Sequence record: DRR378314_434
DNA: 64,000 nucleotides
Reading direction: 5' to 3' (one strand)
Made by a program: the position numbers and the translations under genes. The notes beneath the pieces were generated by a model, which was not told where the DNA came from, searched no databases, and worked only from the letters and a program-made list of their open reading frames with translations. Below are positions 1 through 10,435 of the stretch, piece by piece (position 1 is the stretch's first letter; the number at the start of each line of letters is the position of its first letter).

Positions 1-1
1 T

Positions 2-733
2 GAACAAGCTCAATCTTTATTAGAAGAGCAGTTTGCCAGCTGGCAGGCTCCGGCTTCTGATAAACCAGAAAAGACTCTTGATACTTCGATGGCATCTGAA
101 ACCAGTCGCGTATTCCTGATTGATAAACCAGGAAACCCTCAGTCAGTGATAATAGCGGGTCAGTTGGCTCCTTCTGGCCAAGTCGACAATGCTGATACTA
201 TTGACGTAATGAACACCATTCTTGGCGGCAGTTTCACCAGTCGTCTGAACATGAACTTACGTGAAGACAAAGGCTGGTCTTATGGTGCTCGCTCTATTTG
301 GTTAGATAACGAAGGCCCAGGGTTACTAATTGCACTGGCTCCGGTTCAAACCGATAAAACTAAAGAGTCGATTCAGGAAATTATGAAAGAATTTACTCAA
401 TACGAAGGTGACAAACCAGCAACCGCAGACGAGCTGGCAAAAGTAAAAGCCAACAAAACAGCTAAATTACCTGGCGCCTACGAAACCAAAGGCAGCTTGC
501 TGAACGGTTTAGTCAGCACCTTTAATAAAGGCAAAGATGTTGAGTATCTCGAGAACTATGGTCAGCGCATAAACGCCATTACGCTTAACGATATTCAGGA
601 TAATGCGGACAAGGTTCTAAAACCTGACGCTATGACCTGGGTTATCGTTGGTGACCTGGCTGAAATTGAAGAAAAAGTACGTTCACTGAATTTAGGTGAG
701 GTAACTATTCTAAAAGAAAGCGACGTGAAGTAA
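2..733 (+). CDS. M16 (insulinase/PqqL-like) zinc peptidase, C-terminal part; gene starts before the window
   Basis: Frame is open from position 2. M16 C-terminal signature ILGGSFTSRLNMNLREDKGWSYGA. Confidence 0.85.
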   Translation, partial: EQAQSLLEEQFASWQAPASDKPEKTLDTSMASETSRVFLIDKPGNPQSVIIAGQLAPSGQVDNADTIDVMNTILGGSFTSRLNMNLREDKGWSYGARSIWLDNEGPGLLIALAPVQTDKTKESIQEIMKEFTQYEGDKPATADELAKVKANKTAKLPGAYETKGSLLNGLVSTFNKGKDVEYLENYGQRINAITLNDIQDNADKVLKPDAMTWVIVGDLAEIEEKVRSLNLGEVTILKESDVK

Positions 734-740
734 CATCGTC

Positions 741-765
741 TCCCCCAGTCTTTCTGACTGGGGGA
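741..765. terminator. Intrinsic terminator hairpin between convergent genes
   Basis: TCCCCCAGTC-TTTCT-GACTGGGGGA perfect 10-bp stem, followed by a T-rich run on +. Confidence 0.75.
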
Positions 766-777
766 ATTTCTCTCTCA

Positions 778-1479
778 TTACTCACCAAATAATTGCTCTG
801 CGCGACTATGAAGAATCCAGCTGGTTAAAATATACTTATCATTTGATACAGGTATTCTGCCTCTATGCGTGTGAGTAAAGTAAGCTGGCGCTATAACCAT
901 TTGACCCGCTTGGGGTTTTAGCGACCGTTCCTGATAATAAAAGTCCGTTTCGCCACCTTCGTCTACATCGTTTAAGTAATACATAAACAACAGAGCCCGA
1001 TGCAATGGCTCCGTTGAGCCTTTCTGAGGATACGCTTCGCAGTGCCAGTAATTATAATTTCCTTCACCTTTTCGATAACGCTGCATTTGTATTGCACCAA
1101 CCCGAAACAGCTTTTGCATAATTGCCATTTCGTTGCCTTTCGCTATCTCATCAAAATTATCATGTGTTAAAGCGGCTGGCTGCTGAGTTTTAGGGTGCTG
1201 CAACGTTAGCGCGACTGGCGCTATCAAGGCAAAATGATATTTTTTAAAATACTCCAACGCATATCGGGCTGTGATTTTCTGTATTTCCAGCAGCAGCTTC
1301 TGGTACTCCGGGTGAGCGTTCAATGCTAAGTCCGTACTCGACTTTTTACTCACATCAACACCACCCCCCGTGCGCCCCTGAAAGGTATGCCGTGACTTTT
1401 CGAAAACTGTGATGAGCTGCTGGCACAATTCGGAGGATAAGGCATTATCATAGGTTTCGATAAAATCATTCATAAACAT
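778..1479 (-). CDS. 2OG-Fe(II) oxygenase (prolyl-hydroxylase-like)
   Basis: WHCE...YYLNDVDEGGETDF...THTHRG...KYILTSW motif set typical of 2OG-Fe(II) oxygenases. Confidence 0.85.
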   Translation of the reverse strand: MFMNDFIETYDNALSSELCQQLITVFEKSRHTFQGRTGGGVDVSKKSSTDLALNAHPEYQKLLLEIQKITARYALEYFKKYHFALIAPVALTLQHPKTQQPAALTHDNFDEIAKGNEMAIMQKLFRVGAIQMQRYRKGEGNYNYWHCEAYPQKGSTEPLHRALLFMYYLNDVDEGGETDFYYQERSLKPQAGQMVIAPAYFTHTHRGRIPVSNDKYILTSWILHSRAEQLFGE

Positions 1480-1527
1480 GACTCTTTCTAATTGCTATAC
1501 GTTTGGCCGAGATAACATGCTAAAAAA

Positions 1528-3144
1528 TTAATTCAATACGCGACTGACTTCCGGCGATGGCTTACCAATGTAATAGCCCTGTAAGTACTCAATTTGCTGG
1601 TCACACAAGTAGCTATTTACTTCCTTATTCTCAACAAATTCAGCCACGATAGGAATATGTAATTCCTTACAGATACTGATCAGGCCATTCAGAATACTGG
1701 CACTTGTCGGGTCATGTAATACGTTTTGAACTATGCTGCCATCAATCTTCAAATAATCCGGACGAAGACTTATCAGCCGCGAGAAGTTTGAATAACCGAC
1801 ACCAAAATCATCTATCGCAATTTGTCCACCTAAACGTCTGACATCTCTGGCAAAAGCCTGAACCTTGGTAAAATCTTCTGTGGATTCGGTTTCCGTAATT
1901 TCGAAAATAAGTTGTGCTTTCTTATGTTCTGACAGCACATAATGAATAAAACTGACCGTCTCTTCATTCAAAATATCTTCGATGGAGACATTCACGGATA
2001 TTGCGACTTGGTATTGCTCGGACGTGAGCACCGCCTGTTCAATAACAGAGCGGGTAATTTCACAATAATAACGTGTTGTTTTTGCCTCGTCTAAAAACAG
2101 CCCTGGCACTAAATCCTTATTGTTATCTCTTAACCGGACCAGCGCCTCGTAATAGCTGGGCTGATTTTTGTTCGTACTTTGAATGGGCTGGTAGTAATTG
2201 ACAAAGCGATGATCAACCAGCGCTGACTGAATTTTAGGAAGCCAGTTCACTTTATTCTCGTCAAGCAACTCACGTTCATAAACCACTTCCACCTTGTAGC
2301 CGGAGTAAATGGCTTTCGCTTTCGACAAGGCGCTTTCCGCAAGCTGTAACTGCTTTTTACGCCCAACACCCATGCCTATGGCAACATCCAGAGTGACATC
2401 ACTATTTTCTACTTTGAGTTTGTGTAACGACAACGCATTGTAAAAGCTAAGCAATTGTCTCTCGAATAAACTGGGGATCATTCTGAAATCTGGAATTAAC
2501 GCAAATTTATCACCATGCAAACGGTAAATATTGATGTGTTTAGTTCGCAAAAATGCCGAAGCCCAGTCACTAAATTCACGCAGTAACGCATCACCAAATT
2601 CTAAACCGTAGAAGTCGGCGTAACTTCGAAACTTACGAATATCCAGTACGGCAAGGCATTGAGCCCCTACCTGTTTAAGGTCGTTGAGCAAGTCTATTCG
2701 GGTAGGAAGAGCGGTAACCTGATCAAAGCGGGCTTCCTGTAGTAATTCATCCAGGTGAATCTCTCGTGAGATATCCTGAAACAACAATATTTGCTCAGCT
2801 AAAAAGCCATCAGTTTCGTATAAGGGAATTGCAATACAGCGACACCAGCGCCTGCGGTTGGTACTTGTCAGGCAAAGTCGTCCATTCCAGACTTCACCAT
2901 TAGCGGCAGCTTGATTTATCTCGCCAGTCACATCGTTGCGACTATCAATGTGGAGAAACTCAGAAAATGCGGTTGTGCGCTTTAAGTAGTGAACTCCTAA
3001 CAATTTATGCAGAGATTCACTCATCCAGCGAATATTACCGTCCGGCGACAAGCGCGCACAGATTGCAGCAGACTCTAACGTATTTATATACTGCTTTAAT
3101 AAAAATGGATTACGCATCAATGCCTGCTCAGTCAAGGTCAACAA
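1528..3144 (-). CDS. PAS + degenerate GGDEF + EAL c-di-GMP phosphodiesterase
   Basis: PAS-like N-terminus (GEVWNGRL). GGDEF site degenerate (HGDKF). EAL motifs intact: YEALVRL, EITE, IDDFGVGYS, KIDG, AEFVE, QGYY. Confidence 0.88.
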   Translation of the reverse strand: MLTLTEQALMRNPFLLKQYINTLESAAICARLSPDGNIRWMSESLHKLLGVHYLKRTTAFSEFLHIDSRNDVTGEINQAAANGEVWNGRLCLTSTNRRRWCRCIAIPLYETDGFLAEQILLFQDISREIHLDELLQEARFDQVTALPTRIDLLNDLKQVGAQCLAVLDIRKFRSYADFYGLEFGDALLREFSDWASAFLRTKHINIYRLHGDKFALIPDFRMIPSLFERQLLSFYNALSLHKLKVENSDVTLDVAIGMGVGRKKQLQLAESALSKAKAIYSGYKVEVVYERELLDENKVNWLPKIQSALVDHRFVNYYQPIQSTNKNQPSYYEALVRLRDNNKDLVPGLFLDEAKTTRYYCEITRSVIEQAVLTSEQYQVAISVNVSIEDILNEETVSFIHYVLSEHKKAQLIFEITETESTEDFTKVQAFARDVRRLGGQIAIDDFGVGYSNFSRLISLRPDYLKIDGSIVQNVLHDPTSASILNGLISICKELHIPIVAEFVENKEVNSYLCDQQIEYLQGYYIGKPSPEVSRVLN

Positions 3145-3216
3145 ATTAGATGTTACTTTTTTGTAATGTACCGAATCCGCCTCAATAATGACAGCCTGTT
3201 ACCACAGATAGTTTGA

Positions 3217-3735
3217 TCAAAATCGATAGGTTACGCCTATATTTAGCGCATCAATTGTGTATTCGTCTTTATCAATCAATTTTATCCAGTCGATAAAGTA
3301 AGTTGTTCTGGGGTTATGATCATACTGAACTCCGCCGCCGTAACTGATACTGTTAAGTGTTGTGTTTTGACCACCTACCGTAAATTTTCCGCGCGAAAAA
3401 CCACCGGTAAGATACAAAGCGACGTCGGGTGACAAATACAAACGAGGCTTAGCTAAAATGCTGGCCGTGTAATCGGTTTCAAACTTGGTGCCTTTATCAC
3501 TGCTGCTGTGTACGCCAAAACCGTAGCGTGCTTCTGCCGAAAGGCTGTTGCTGTAACGATAACCCAGCATCAGGTTCATCGTATGAGGGGTAAATGACGG
3601 GGCGCTCTCAAGCTCGGTATCAACATTCAACTGAGCTAGAGATGCTGCGCCGTAGTAACCACTGTCCTGCGCCTGGGCAAACACACTGACAAATAAAAGC
3701 GTACTACCACAGAAAACAGCTTTCAAAAACTTCAT
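3217..3735 (-). CDS. Small outer-membrane beta-barrel protein
   Basis: Signal peptide (AQA), amphipathic strands, C-terminal GVTYRF BAM signal. Confidence 0.8.
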   Translation of the reverse strand: MKFLKAVFCGSTLLFVSVFAQAQDSGYYGAASLAQLNVDTELESAPSFTPHTMNLMLGYRYSNSLSAEARYGFGVHSSSDKGTKFETDYTASILAKPRLYLSPDVALYLTGGFSRGKFTVGGQNTTLNSISYGGGVQYDHNPRTTYFIDWIKLIDKDEYTIDALNIGVTYRF

Positions 3736-3789
3736 ACGACTTCCTTATTAATCTGGTACACCTAAGTAAGAGTAGTTTACCAGACTCTG

Positions 3790-5148
3790 TTAGAGGTGAT
3801 ATACCCCTTGGTAATCAGCAACATCGACATTATAAGTGGTGTTCTGCATTAAATAGTCACGGAAAGTTTCCAATGCATCTAACTCACCATGTACCAATTG
3901 AATTGGTGTGTTTGGTTTTAAACTGGACTGCTCTAACCAATCAGCAATTTCTTGGTAGTCAGCATGCCCTGACAGCCCTTCTAAAGAACGGATTCGAGCT
4001 TTTACCGGCAACCATTGGCCATGCAGTTTTATCGACTCCACGCCCTGCAGCATTTTGGCACCACGAGTCCCCCCTGCCTGATGCCCACTGAATAAAACCG
4101 TCGCGCGATGATCACTCAACCAGCGTTTAAAGTGATGCAGAATTCGCCCGCCTGTCGCCATACCGCTGCCCGCAATAATAATATGAGGCCCCGACTGAGA
4201 CGCAATAGCTTTTGATTCATCGACAGAACGCGTGTACTCGACTCTTGCAAAGGTTCGGGAGCAGTCTGAGTCCGTCAGTTTGTGAAGGCTATGAAAGCGC
4301 TGGTAAAGCCCTGAAACGTTAATAGCCATGGGAGAATCCAAATAAATAGGTTGCTTAGGTACCCGCCCCTCATCCATCAACTTTACTAACAGATATTGCA
4401 GCAATTGTGCTCTGCCGACAGAAAAGCTCGGAATTAATAACACACCGCCGGATTGAGCCGTCTCATTAACGACTTCTGCCAACTGCTCTTCCGCATTTTC
4501 AGTTTTAGCATGAAGTCGATTGCCGTATGTTGACTCAAGCAGTAGCAAGTCCAAATCCGGTAGAGGTTCAGGTGGATACATCATAATATCCTGCGGACGC
4601 CCGATATCACCGGAAAAGCCAACACGCTTACCTTCGGCTTCAATAATCACGCTTGAAGCCCCCAAAATATGACCGGCTGGCTGCAAAGTCACTTTAATAT
4701 CGCCAATTTCAAATTGCTGATGAAACTCAACGCCCTGAAGCAGCCGTATAGCTGACTTTGCCGTTGCCTCATCATACAAAGGTTCTGGTTTTTCATGACG
4801 GCTCAACTTATGTTTACCGAGGTATTTCGCATCTTCTTCCTGAATTCTTCCGCTATCGGCCCACAGGATATCGCACAAACCAGATGTTGCATGATGCGCG
4901 AAAACAGCTCCCCGGAAACCTTCTTTATATAGCACAGGAACAAACCCCGAATGATCAAGATGAGCATGGGTTAATACGACACCGTCAACCTGATTAATCC
5001 CCATTGGCAAAGGCTGCCAATTACGTCGCCGTAACCACTTGTAGCCCTGAAAAAGGCCACAGTCTATTAGAATTCGGGTTGACTCTGTTTCAACTAAATA
5101 TTTGGAACCGGTAACCGTTTCCGCACCACCTAAAAATACGACTCTCAT
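3790..5148 (-). CDS. MBL-fold beta-CASP ribonuclease (YSH1/RNase J superfamily)
   Basis: IDCGLFQG, THAHLDHSG, AGHILG, ESTYG and SGHAD motifs. Confidence 0.9.
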   Translation of the reverse strand: MRVVFLGGAETVTGSKYLVETESTRILIDCGLFQGYKWLRRRNWQPLPMGINQVDGVVLTHAHLDHSGFVPVLYKEGFRGAVFAHHATSGLCDILWADSGRIQEEDAKYLGKHKLSRHEKPEPLYDEATAKSAIRLLQGVEFHQQFEIGDIKVTLQPAGHILGASSVIIEAEGKRVGFSGDIGRPQDIMMYPPEPLPDLDLLLLESTYGNRLHAKTENAEEQLAEVVNETAQSGGVLLIPSFSVGRAQLLQYLLVKLMDEGRVPKQPIYLDSPMAINVSGLYQRFHSLHKLTDSDCSRTFARVEYTRSVDESKAIASQSGPHIIIAGSGMATGGRILHHFKRWLSDHRATVLFSGHQAGGTRGAKMLQGVESIKLHGQWLPVKARIRSLEGLSGHADYQEIADWLEQSSLKPNTPIQLVHGELDALETFRDYLMQNTTYNVDVADYQGVYHL

Positions 5149-5229
5149 TGCGTGTCCTTATTTAAACCGACGATAAAGTATCTCACTTCACTGTCGTAGA
5201 AAAATAGACGAAAGACAACTATTCGTGCA

Positions 5230-5243
5230 TTGACGATCATTAA
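5230..5243. promoter_or_regulatory. Possible FNR/Anr-type box
   Basis: TTGAC-GATC-ATTAA versus consensus TTGAT-N4-ATCAA (2 mismatches), in the divergent intergenic region. Confidence 0.3.
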
Positions 5244-5281
5244 TAATCTTGCTTCACTCAATTAAGATAAGGAGTAAGAAC

Positions 5282-6961
5282 ATGACTCATAAATATCCCC
5301 GAGCCGATCAGTTTATGGCCAGCACTCATCAGGTTGAGAATCAGCCGACGGCGCTGGAAAACTATAATCTTTACCTGGCTGATAAAGCACTACGAAAAGC
5401 CGTTGAGCGCGAAGGTGCCAGCTGGGCTTATTCCGATCTTATCGCTTTTGGCGAACTGGCGGGTAAAGCAGACAGTATCGAACAGGGTTTTCAGGCAAAC
5501 AAATACCAGCCTGAACTGAGAACTCACGATCGCTACGGGCACCGTATCGATCTCATTGATTTTCACCCGACCTATCACCAGCTTATGTCGACAGCCATCG
5601 AGCATGGCTTACACGCGAGTCCCTGGAGCGAACCTAAATTAGGGGCTCATGTTGCACGTGCCGCTAAATATTATCTACACACTCAGGTTGAAGCCTCTCA
5701 TGGCTGCCCTATTACCATGACCTTTGCCTCTATACCCGCACTAAGACACCAACCCGATTTGTTCAAAGAGTGGGGACCAAAAATTACCGCCAGGCAATAC
5801 GACCCCAGGAATATCCCCCATACCGAAAAAAGTGCCGTGACCATTGGTATGGCGATGACCGAAAAACAAGGTGGCTCTGATGTCCGGCTGAACAGCACTC
5901 GCGCTTACCCAATAGACAAAGAAGGTTCAGGCCAGGCTTACGAACTGGTTGGTCACAAATGGTTTGTGTCAGCACCAATGTGCGATGCTTTTCTGGTGCT
6001 TGCTCAAACAGCCAGCGGGTTATCCTGTTTTCTGGTACCACGCTGGCGTCCAGACGGTTCAAAGAACCCAATTCAGATTCAACAACTAAAACAAAAAATG
6101 GGGAACGCGGCCAATGCTTCCAGTGAAACTGAGTTGCGAGGTGCACTGGGCTGGATGGTAGGTCAAGAAGGTAAAGGCGTTCGCACTATTATAGAAATGG
6201 TGGCAACTACCCGCTACGACTGCATGATTGGTTCTTCTTCCGGCATGCGGCAAGCCGTGGTTCAGGCCATTCACCACGCCAGCCACCGCGAAGCTTTTGG
6301 TGCTAAGTTAAGTGAACAACCACTAATGCAAAATTTGCTGGCGGACTTAGCCATTGAAAGCGAAGCCGCCATGACTTACATGATGCGCATAGCGCGGGCG
6401 ATGGATAACCAGGACGACGAGCATGAAAAGCTATTGTCCCGTATTGCCACACCAATAGGCAAATACTGGATTTGTAAGCGCACACCGAATCATGCTTATG
6501 AGGCTATGGAAGTGATTGGCGGTAGTGGTGTTATGGAAAACCATATTATGCCGAGACTGTTCAGAGAGTCGCCAGTAAACGCTATATGGGAAGGCAGCGG
6601 TAATATTCAATGTCTTGATGTTCTCAGAGCAATAGAAAAACAACCAGAGGTTCTCGATGTCTATTTTGCCGAACTGCAACGGGCACAAGGTGCAGATAAA
6701 CGACTCGACCAGTTTATTATGCGGTTGAAAAGTGAGTTTACTGACAGGAATATGCTTCAGTATCGTGCACGCAGTATAACGGACAACATGGCCGTTGGGT
6801 TACAAGCCGCTTTATTAGTTCAACATGCCAGCACAGACGTTGCCGATGCCTTTTGTGCCAGCCGCTTAGCAGCAAATGCCGGACTCAACTATGGCACATT
6901 ACCCACAGGGCTTAATTGTGCTGCGATTGTCGAAAGGGCCTCGCCAGCAGACGCACAATAA
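5282..6961 (+). CDS. aidB: AidB-like acyl-CoA dehydrogenase
   Basis: THQVENQP N-terminus, GCPITMT, GMAMTEKQGGSDVR, GHKWFVSAP, IWEGSGN. ATG at 5282 after a GGAG RBS. Confidence 0.85.
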   Translation: MTHKYPRADQFMASTHQVENQPTALENYNLYLADKALRKAVEREGASWAYSDLIAFGELAGKADSIEQGFQANKYQPELRTHDRYGHRIDLIDFHPTYHQLMSTAIEHGLHASPWSEPKLGAHVARAAKYYLHTQVEASHGCPITMTFASIPALRHQPDLFKEWGPKITARQYDPRNIPHTEKSAVTIGMAMTEKQGGSDVRLNSTRAYPIDKEGSGQAYELVGHKWFVSAPMCDAFLVLAQTASGLSCFLVPRWRPDGSKNPIQIQQLKQKMGNAANASSETELRGALGWMVGQEGKGVRTIIEMVATTRYDCMIGSSSGMRQAVVQAIHHASHREAFGAKLSEQPLMQNLLADLAIESEAAMTYMMRIARAMDNQDDEHEKLLSRIATPIGKYWICKRTPNHAYEAMEVIGGSGVMENHIMPRLFRESPVNAIWEGSGNIQCLDVLRAIEKQPEVLDVYFAELQRAQGADKRLDQFIMRLKSEFTDRNMLQYRARSITDNMAVGLQAALLVQHASTDVADAFCASRLAANAGLNYGTLPTGLNCAAIVERASPADAQ

Positions 6962-7418
6962 GTTCGCCAAATACAGCCAGCAACAAGCCTGAAACTAAAC
7001 CAAACAAAATAGCGCCGGGGTTGAGTTTTACAGTATAAGAAAAGCTGCTGCGAACCTCGCGCTGAATGTCCTCAACTGGGGTAAAAAATGCCTGTTGATA
7101 AGCACTCCAGGAATTTTGACTGAAGCTACGAAAGGCTTGTTCTAACAGTTGATTACGTTGGTAAATGGCACTGATGCTTTGCCCGCCTTCCTGAAACACT
7201 CTGTCGTCACTGGCCTGATAGTGAGCAATAAGTTCCTCAATACTACCGTCGAAAAATTTTTCGGCTTCATCACGAAACTCGTTCAGGCTGCGCTCTGACT
7301 CAATCATATGAGCCTGCAAACTCTTACCGTACTGATCAACAAAGCCGGGCAACTGTATTCCGGCGAGTACACCCGAGATCAGCAGAATAATTCGTAGATA
7401 GGAAGTGAAGATTGCCAT
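6912..7418 (-). CDS. DUF2937-like membrane protein
   Basis: GIQLPGFVDQY motif, N- and C-terminal TM segments. 3' end overlaps aidB by 50 bp. Confidence 0.7.
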   Translation of the reverse strand: MAIFTSYLRIILLISGVLAGIQLPGFVDQYGKSLQAHMIESERSLNEFRDEAEKFFDGSIEELIAHYQASDDRVFQEGGQSISAIYQRNQLLEQAFRSFSQNSWSAYQQAFFTPVEDIQREVRSSFSYTVKLNPGAILFGLVSGLLLAVFGELIVRLLARPFRQSQHN

Positions 7419-7495
7419 GGTCTCTCCTTAAAAGCCCTGAACCACTTTAGAGCAGACCTTAAGCGACAATCAAACTTAATTACGCTTCATTACAC

Positions 7496-8398
7496 TTAAC
7501 TTGTCAGCACAACCGCGTTTTTACCTTCACTCTTTGCCTGATACATGGCTTTGTCTGCCCGGGCCATAATGCCTTCAATGGTGTAATGCTCTGAAGGCTT
7601 ATCGCATTGACAAAGGCCGATAGACAAGGTGACAGGTAACTCGGCATGCCCTATTCCACTCACTAACTGGCAACGTAAACGGTGCATCATAAGTCTGGCG
7701 TCTTCAGCGGAAATCATAGGGTGAATGGTAGCAAACTCGTCACCTCCAATACGGGCAACATAATCGGTATGTCGACTGTGCAAACGAATTAAATCGGCTA
7801 TCTTTTGCAAAACCAGGTCGCCGAAGTGATGTCCATGTTCATCGTTTATTTCTTTAAAGTCATCCAAATCGATAAAACTCACAGCAAAGGGCGTACCATG
7901 GGTTTCCAGTTGGTTTATTTCATCTTGTAACTGTGCGGTAAAGGCACGTCGGTTCATTATTCCGGTTAAGTGGTCGGTAAGAGCCTGACGTTTCTCAAAT
8001 TCCAGTTCGAGACGAATTTTATCTTCCGATTTTTTCTGCAGAGTGTAATCCCGCACTATTGCTATGCCATACAACTGGTCTTCGATATCCAGTTGATTCA
8101 GCATAATATCGGCATAAAAAGTTGAACCATCCCGACGAATTGCGGGGAAAATCAAGCCATTCCCCATAGAGCGCCTGCCCGGGTACTTAAAAAACTTTTC
8201 TAAGTGCTGATCATGCTTTTCACGCATACCTTCAGGTAACAGTTCATTAAGATGCAGTTCAAGCATAGATGACGAGGAATAGCGAAACATTGCCGCGGCA
8301 GCCTGGTTAACACCAACAATAAGTCCCTGAGAATTAATAACTATTGCACCGTCCGGTATCACTTCAAGGAACTCAATAAAGGTTTGTTTTACTTCCAT
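7496..8398 (-). CDS. PAS-GGDEF diguanylate cyclase
   Basis: PAS domain, then DHLTGIMNRR, IDLDDFKEINDEHGH, RIGGDEF. ATG at 8398 chosen to avoid overlap with the upstream gene. Confidence 0.88.
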   Translation of the reverse strand: MEVKQTFIEFLEVIPDGAIVINSQGLIVGVNQAAAAMFRYSSSSMLELHLNELLPEGMREKHDQHLEKFFKYPGRRSMGNGLIFPAIRRDGSTFYADIMLNQLDIEDQLYGIAIVRDYTLQKKSEDKIRLELEFEKRQALTDHLTGIMNRRAFTAQLQDEINQLETHGTPFAVSFIDLDDFKEINDEHGHHFGDLVLQKIADLIRLHSRHTDYVARIGGDEFATIHPMISAEDARLMMHRLRCQLVSGIGHAELPVTLSIGLCQCDKPSEHYTIEGIMARADKAMYQAKSEGKNAVVLTS

Positions 8399-8426
8399 CG
8401 TTATGTGGCTCCACTGTTCTGCCGCA

Positions 8427-8978
8427 TTAAACTTTGCAATAACACCCTTTTGCAACGGTATTAACCCATTTAGGAGCCGCTGATTCCCCCGAAACGGAAG
8501 GTATCAGCTCTTCTACAAAGCTACTATCAGTAGTACAAAAAGCACCATCGGCATATGGGCCAATGTAAATCAGCTTTGATGATTTATTGAACATGATAAT
8601 CGCTGGAGTTGCAGGAACGAAGCGCTTTAAGGTTGGATATTGATCGATATCAACAACCCGGTTTTCTCCTTCAGATCCCGCTACCTTTCTTTTTACGCTG
8701 GCCATATGCCCGGATGAGCGCCAGTTACAAGAACAGTCCCCGGAGGTAATATGAAAAACGCTGCCAGCAACGGAATAACCAAGACGAGTGAGCTCAGCCA
8801 CTAACTGAGGTTCCAGCTTTTCGTTATTGCTGAGCTCCAGTAATTCACCTTTTTCATCAAACCAGACCAGCCGCTGTTCCAGTAAATAACTGGTACCCAG
8901 AAGCACCAGCCCAAACCAGGCCACAACGGCGATAATAAGCCAACGGGAACGAGCCTTACCTGATTTCATGAATGACAA
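8427..8978 (-). CDS. Membrane-anchored Cys-containing thioredoxin-like protein (DUF6436-like)
   Basis: N-terminal TM; CSC, VPATPA, YIGPYADGAFC and C-terminal GCYC motifs. Confidence 0.6.
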   Translation of the reverse strand: MSFMKSGKARSRWLIIAVVAWFGLVLLGTSYLLEQRLVWFDEKGELLELSNNEKLEPQLVAELTRLGYSVAGSVFHITSGDCSCNWRSSGHMASVKRKVAGSEGENRVVDIDQYPTLKRFVPATPAIIMFNKSSKLIYIGPYADGAFCTTDSSFVEELIPSVSGESAAPKWVNTVAKGCYCKV

Positions 8979-9156
8979 TGAAACGCCCTACTGCGAAATG
9001 ACATTTTGCGGAAATGATGCGCCCGCTTTTTCAGCGGATCAAGAAAAACTTCAGCTTCAGGGTACTTTTCTAAATAAAGGTTTAGTCTCGTTTGTGATAC
9101 AATGTCGAAAAGCCGCTCATTAGCGCGGTATCTACTATCATAATTCCCGGAGCTTC

Positions 9157-10407
9157 ATGTCCACAGAACAAAACCCATCCTCATTCCAGTCACTCGGATT
9201 GAGCGACGATATTTTACGAGCCGTTACTGAATGCGGTTACACCACCCCAACACCAATTCAACAGCAAGCCATTCCGACCGTTATGGCCGGCCACGACTTA
9301 TTAGCCGCCGCGCAAACGGGTACCGGTAAGACAGCTGGTTTTACGCTACCTTTGCTGCACAAATTGTCGCAGACAAAGACCGACGGAAAGCCTGTTATTA
9401 AGGCGTTAATTCTTACGCCAACCAGAGAGCTGGCAGCACAGGTTGAAGACAATTTGAATACCTATGCAAAATATACCGGTCTTAAGTCCCTGGTGATTTT
9501 TGGTGGTGTTGGTATTAACCCACAAATAAGTGCCTTGCGTCGTGGTGTTGACATTCTTGTTGCAACACCCGGTCGTTTGCTGGATCACAGTCGTCAGGGA
9601 ACCGTTGATTTAAGTAAAATTGACGTACTGATTCTGGACGAAGCTGACCGCATGCTGGATATGGGATTTATTCATGACATTAAAAAGGTCATGAAGCTCA
9701 TTCCTGAAAAACGCCAGACACTGCTGTTTTCAGCGACTTTTTCTAGTGAAATTAAGGCACTGTCTCAGCAGTTTATGCAGCAACCCAAGTTGATTGAAGT
9801 AGCACGCCAAAATGCCGCAGCCGATACCATTGAGCAACGTGTTTATCCGGTGGATAAAAAACGTAAAAGAGAGCTACTCAGTTACTTAATTGGCAGCCGT
9901 AACTGGCGACAAGTGCTGGTCTTTACGCGTACCAAGCATGGTGCTAACAGACTGGCAACACAGTTAACTGATGATGGCCTCCCCGCTATGGCAATCCACG
10001 GTAACAAAAGTCAGGGCGCAAGAACCAAGGCTTTAGCACAGTTTAAAGCCGGTAAATTACGAGTATTGGTTGCAACGGATATCGCTGCACGCGGTATTGA
10101 TATTGATGAATTGCCACACGTTATTAACTTTGAACTGCCTCAGGTCGCTGAAGACTATGTACACCGTATTGGCCGTACAGGCCGTGCAGGAAGTGAAGGT
10201 GAAGCGGCGTCTTTAGTTTGTGTTGATGAGCATAAATTGCTGCGCGATATAGAAAAGCTAACTAAAAATGAGATACCCAGGGAAGTTATTCCGGGTTTTG
10301 AACCAGACCCCAGCATAAAGCCGGAGCCGATTCAGAAGCCTCGTACGGGGCGTCCTCAAAACTCTCGTCGTGCGCCTCGCCAGAAGCGCCCGGACACACG
10401 ACGTTAA
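9157..10407 (+). CDS. rhlE: DEAD-box RNA helicase RhlE
   Basis: [31 protein letters not shown]; RhlE-type [13 protein letters not shown] tail. Confidence 0.92.
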   Translation: MSTEQNPSSFQSLGLSDDILRAVTECGYTTPTPIQQQAIPTVMAGHDLLAAAQTGTGKTAGFTLPLLHKLSQTKTDGKPVIKALILTPTRELAAQVEDNLNTYAKYTGLKSLVIFGGVGINPQISALRRGVDILVATPGRLLDHSRQGTVDLSKIDVLILDEADRMLDMGFIHDIKKVMKLIPEKRQTLLFSATFSSEIKALSQQFMQQPKLIEVARQNAAADTIEQRVYPVDKKRKRELLSYLIGSRNWRQVLVFTRTKHGANRLATQLTDDGLPAMAIHGNKSQGARTKALAQFKAGKLRVLVATDIAARGIDIDELPHVINFELPQVAEDYVHRIGRTGRAGSEGEAASLVCVDEHKLLRDIEKLTKNEIPREVIPGFEPDPSIKPEPIQKPRTGRPQNSRRAPRQKRPDTRR

Positions 10408-10435
10408 TTCTACCGCAGACCTGTAGGACCGGACT

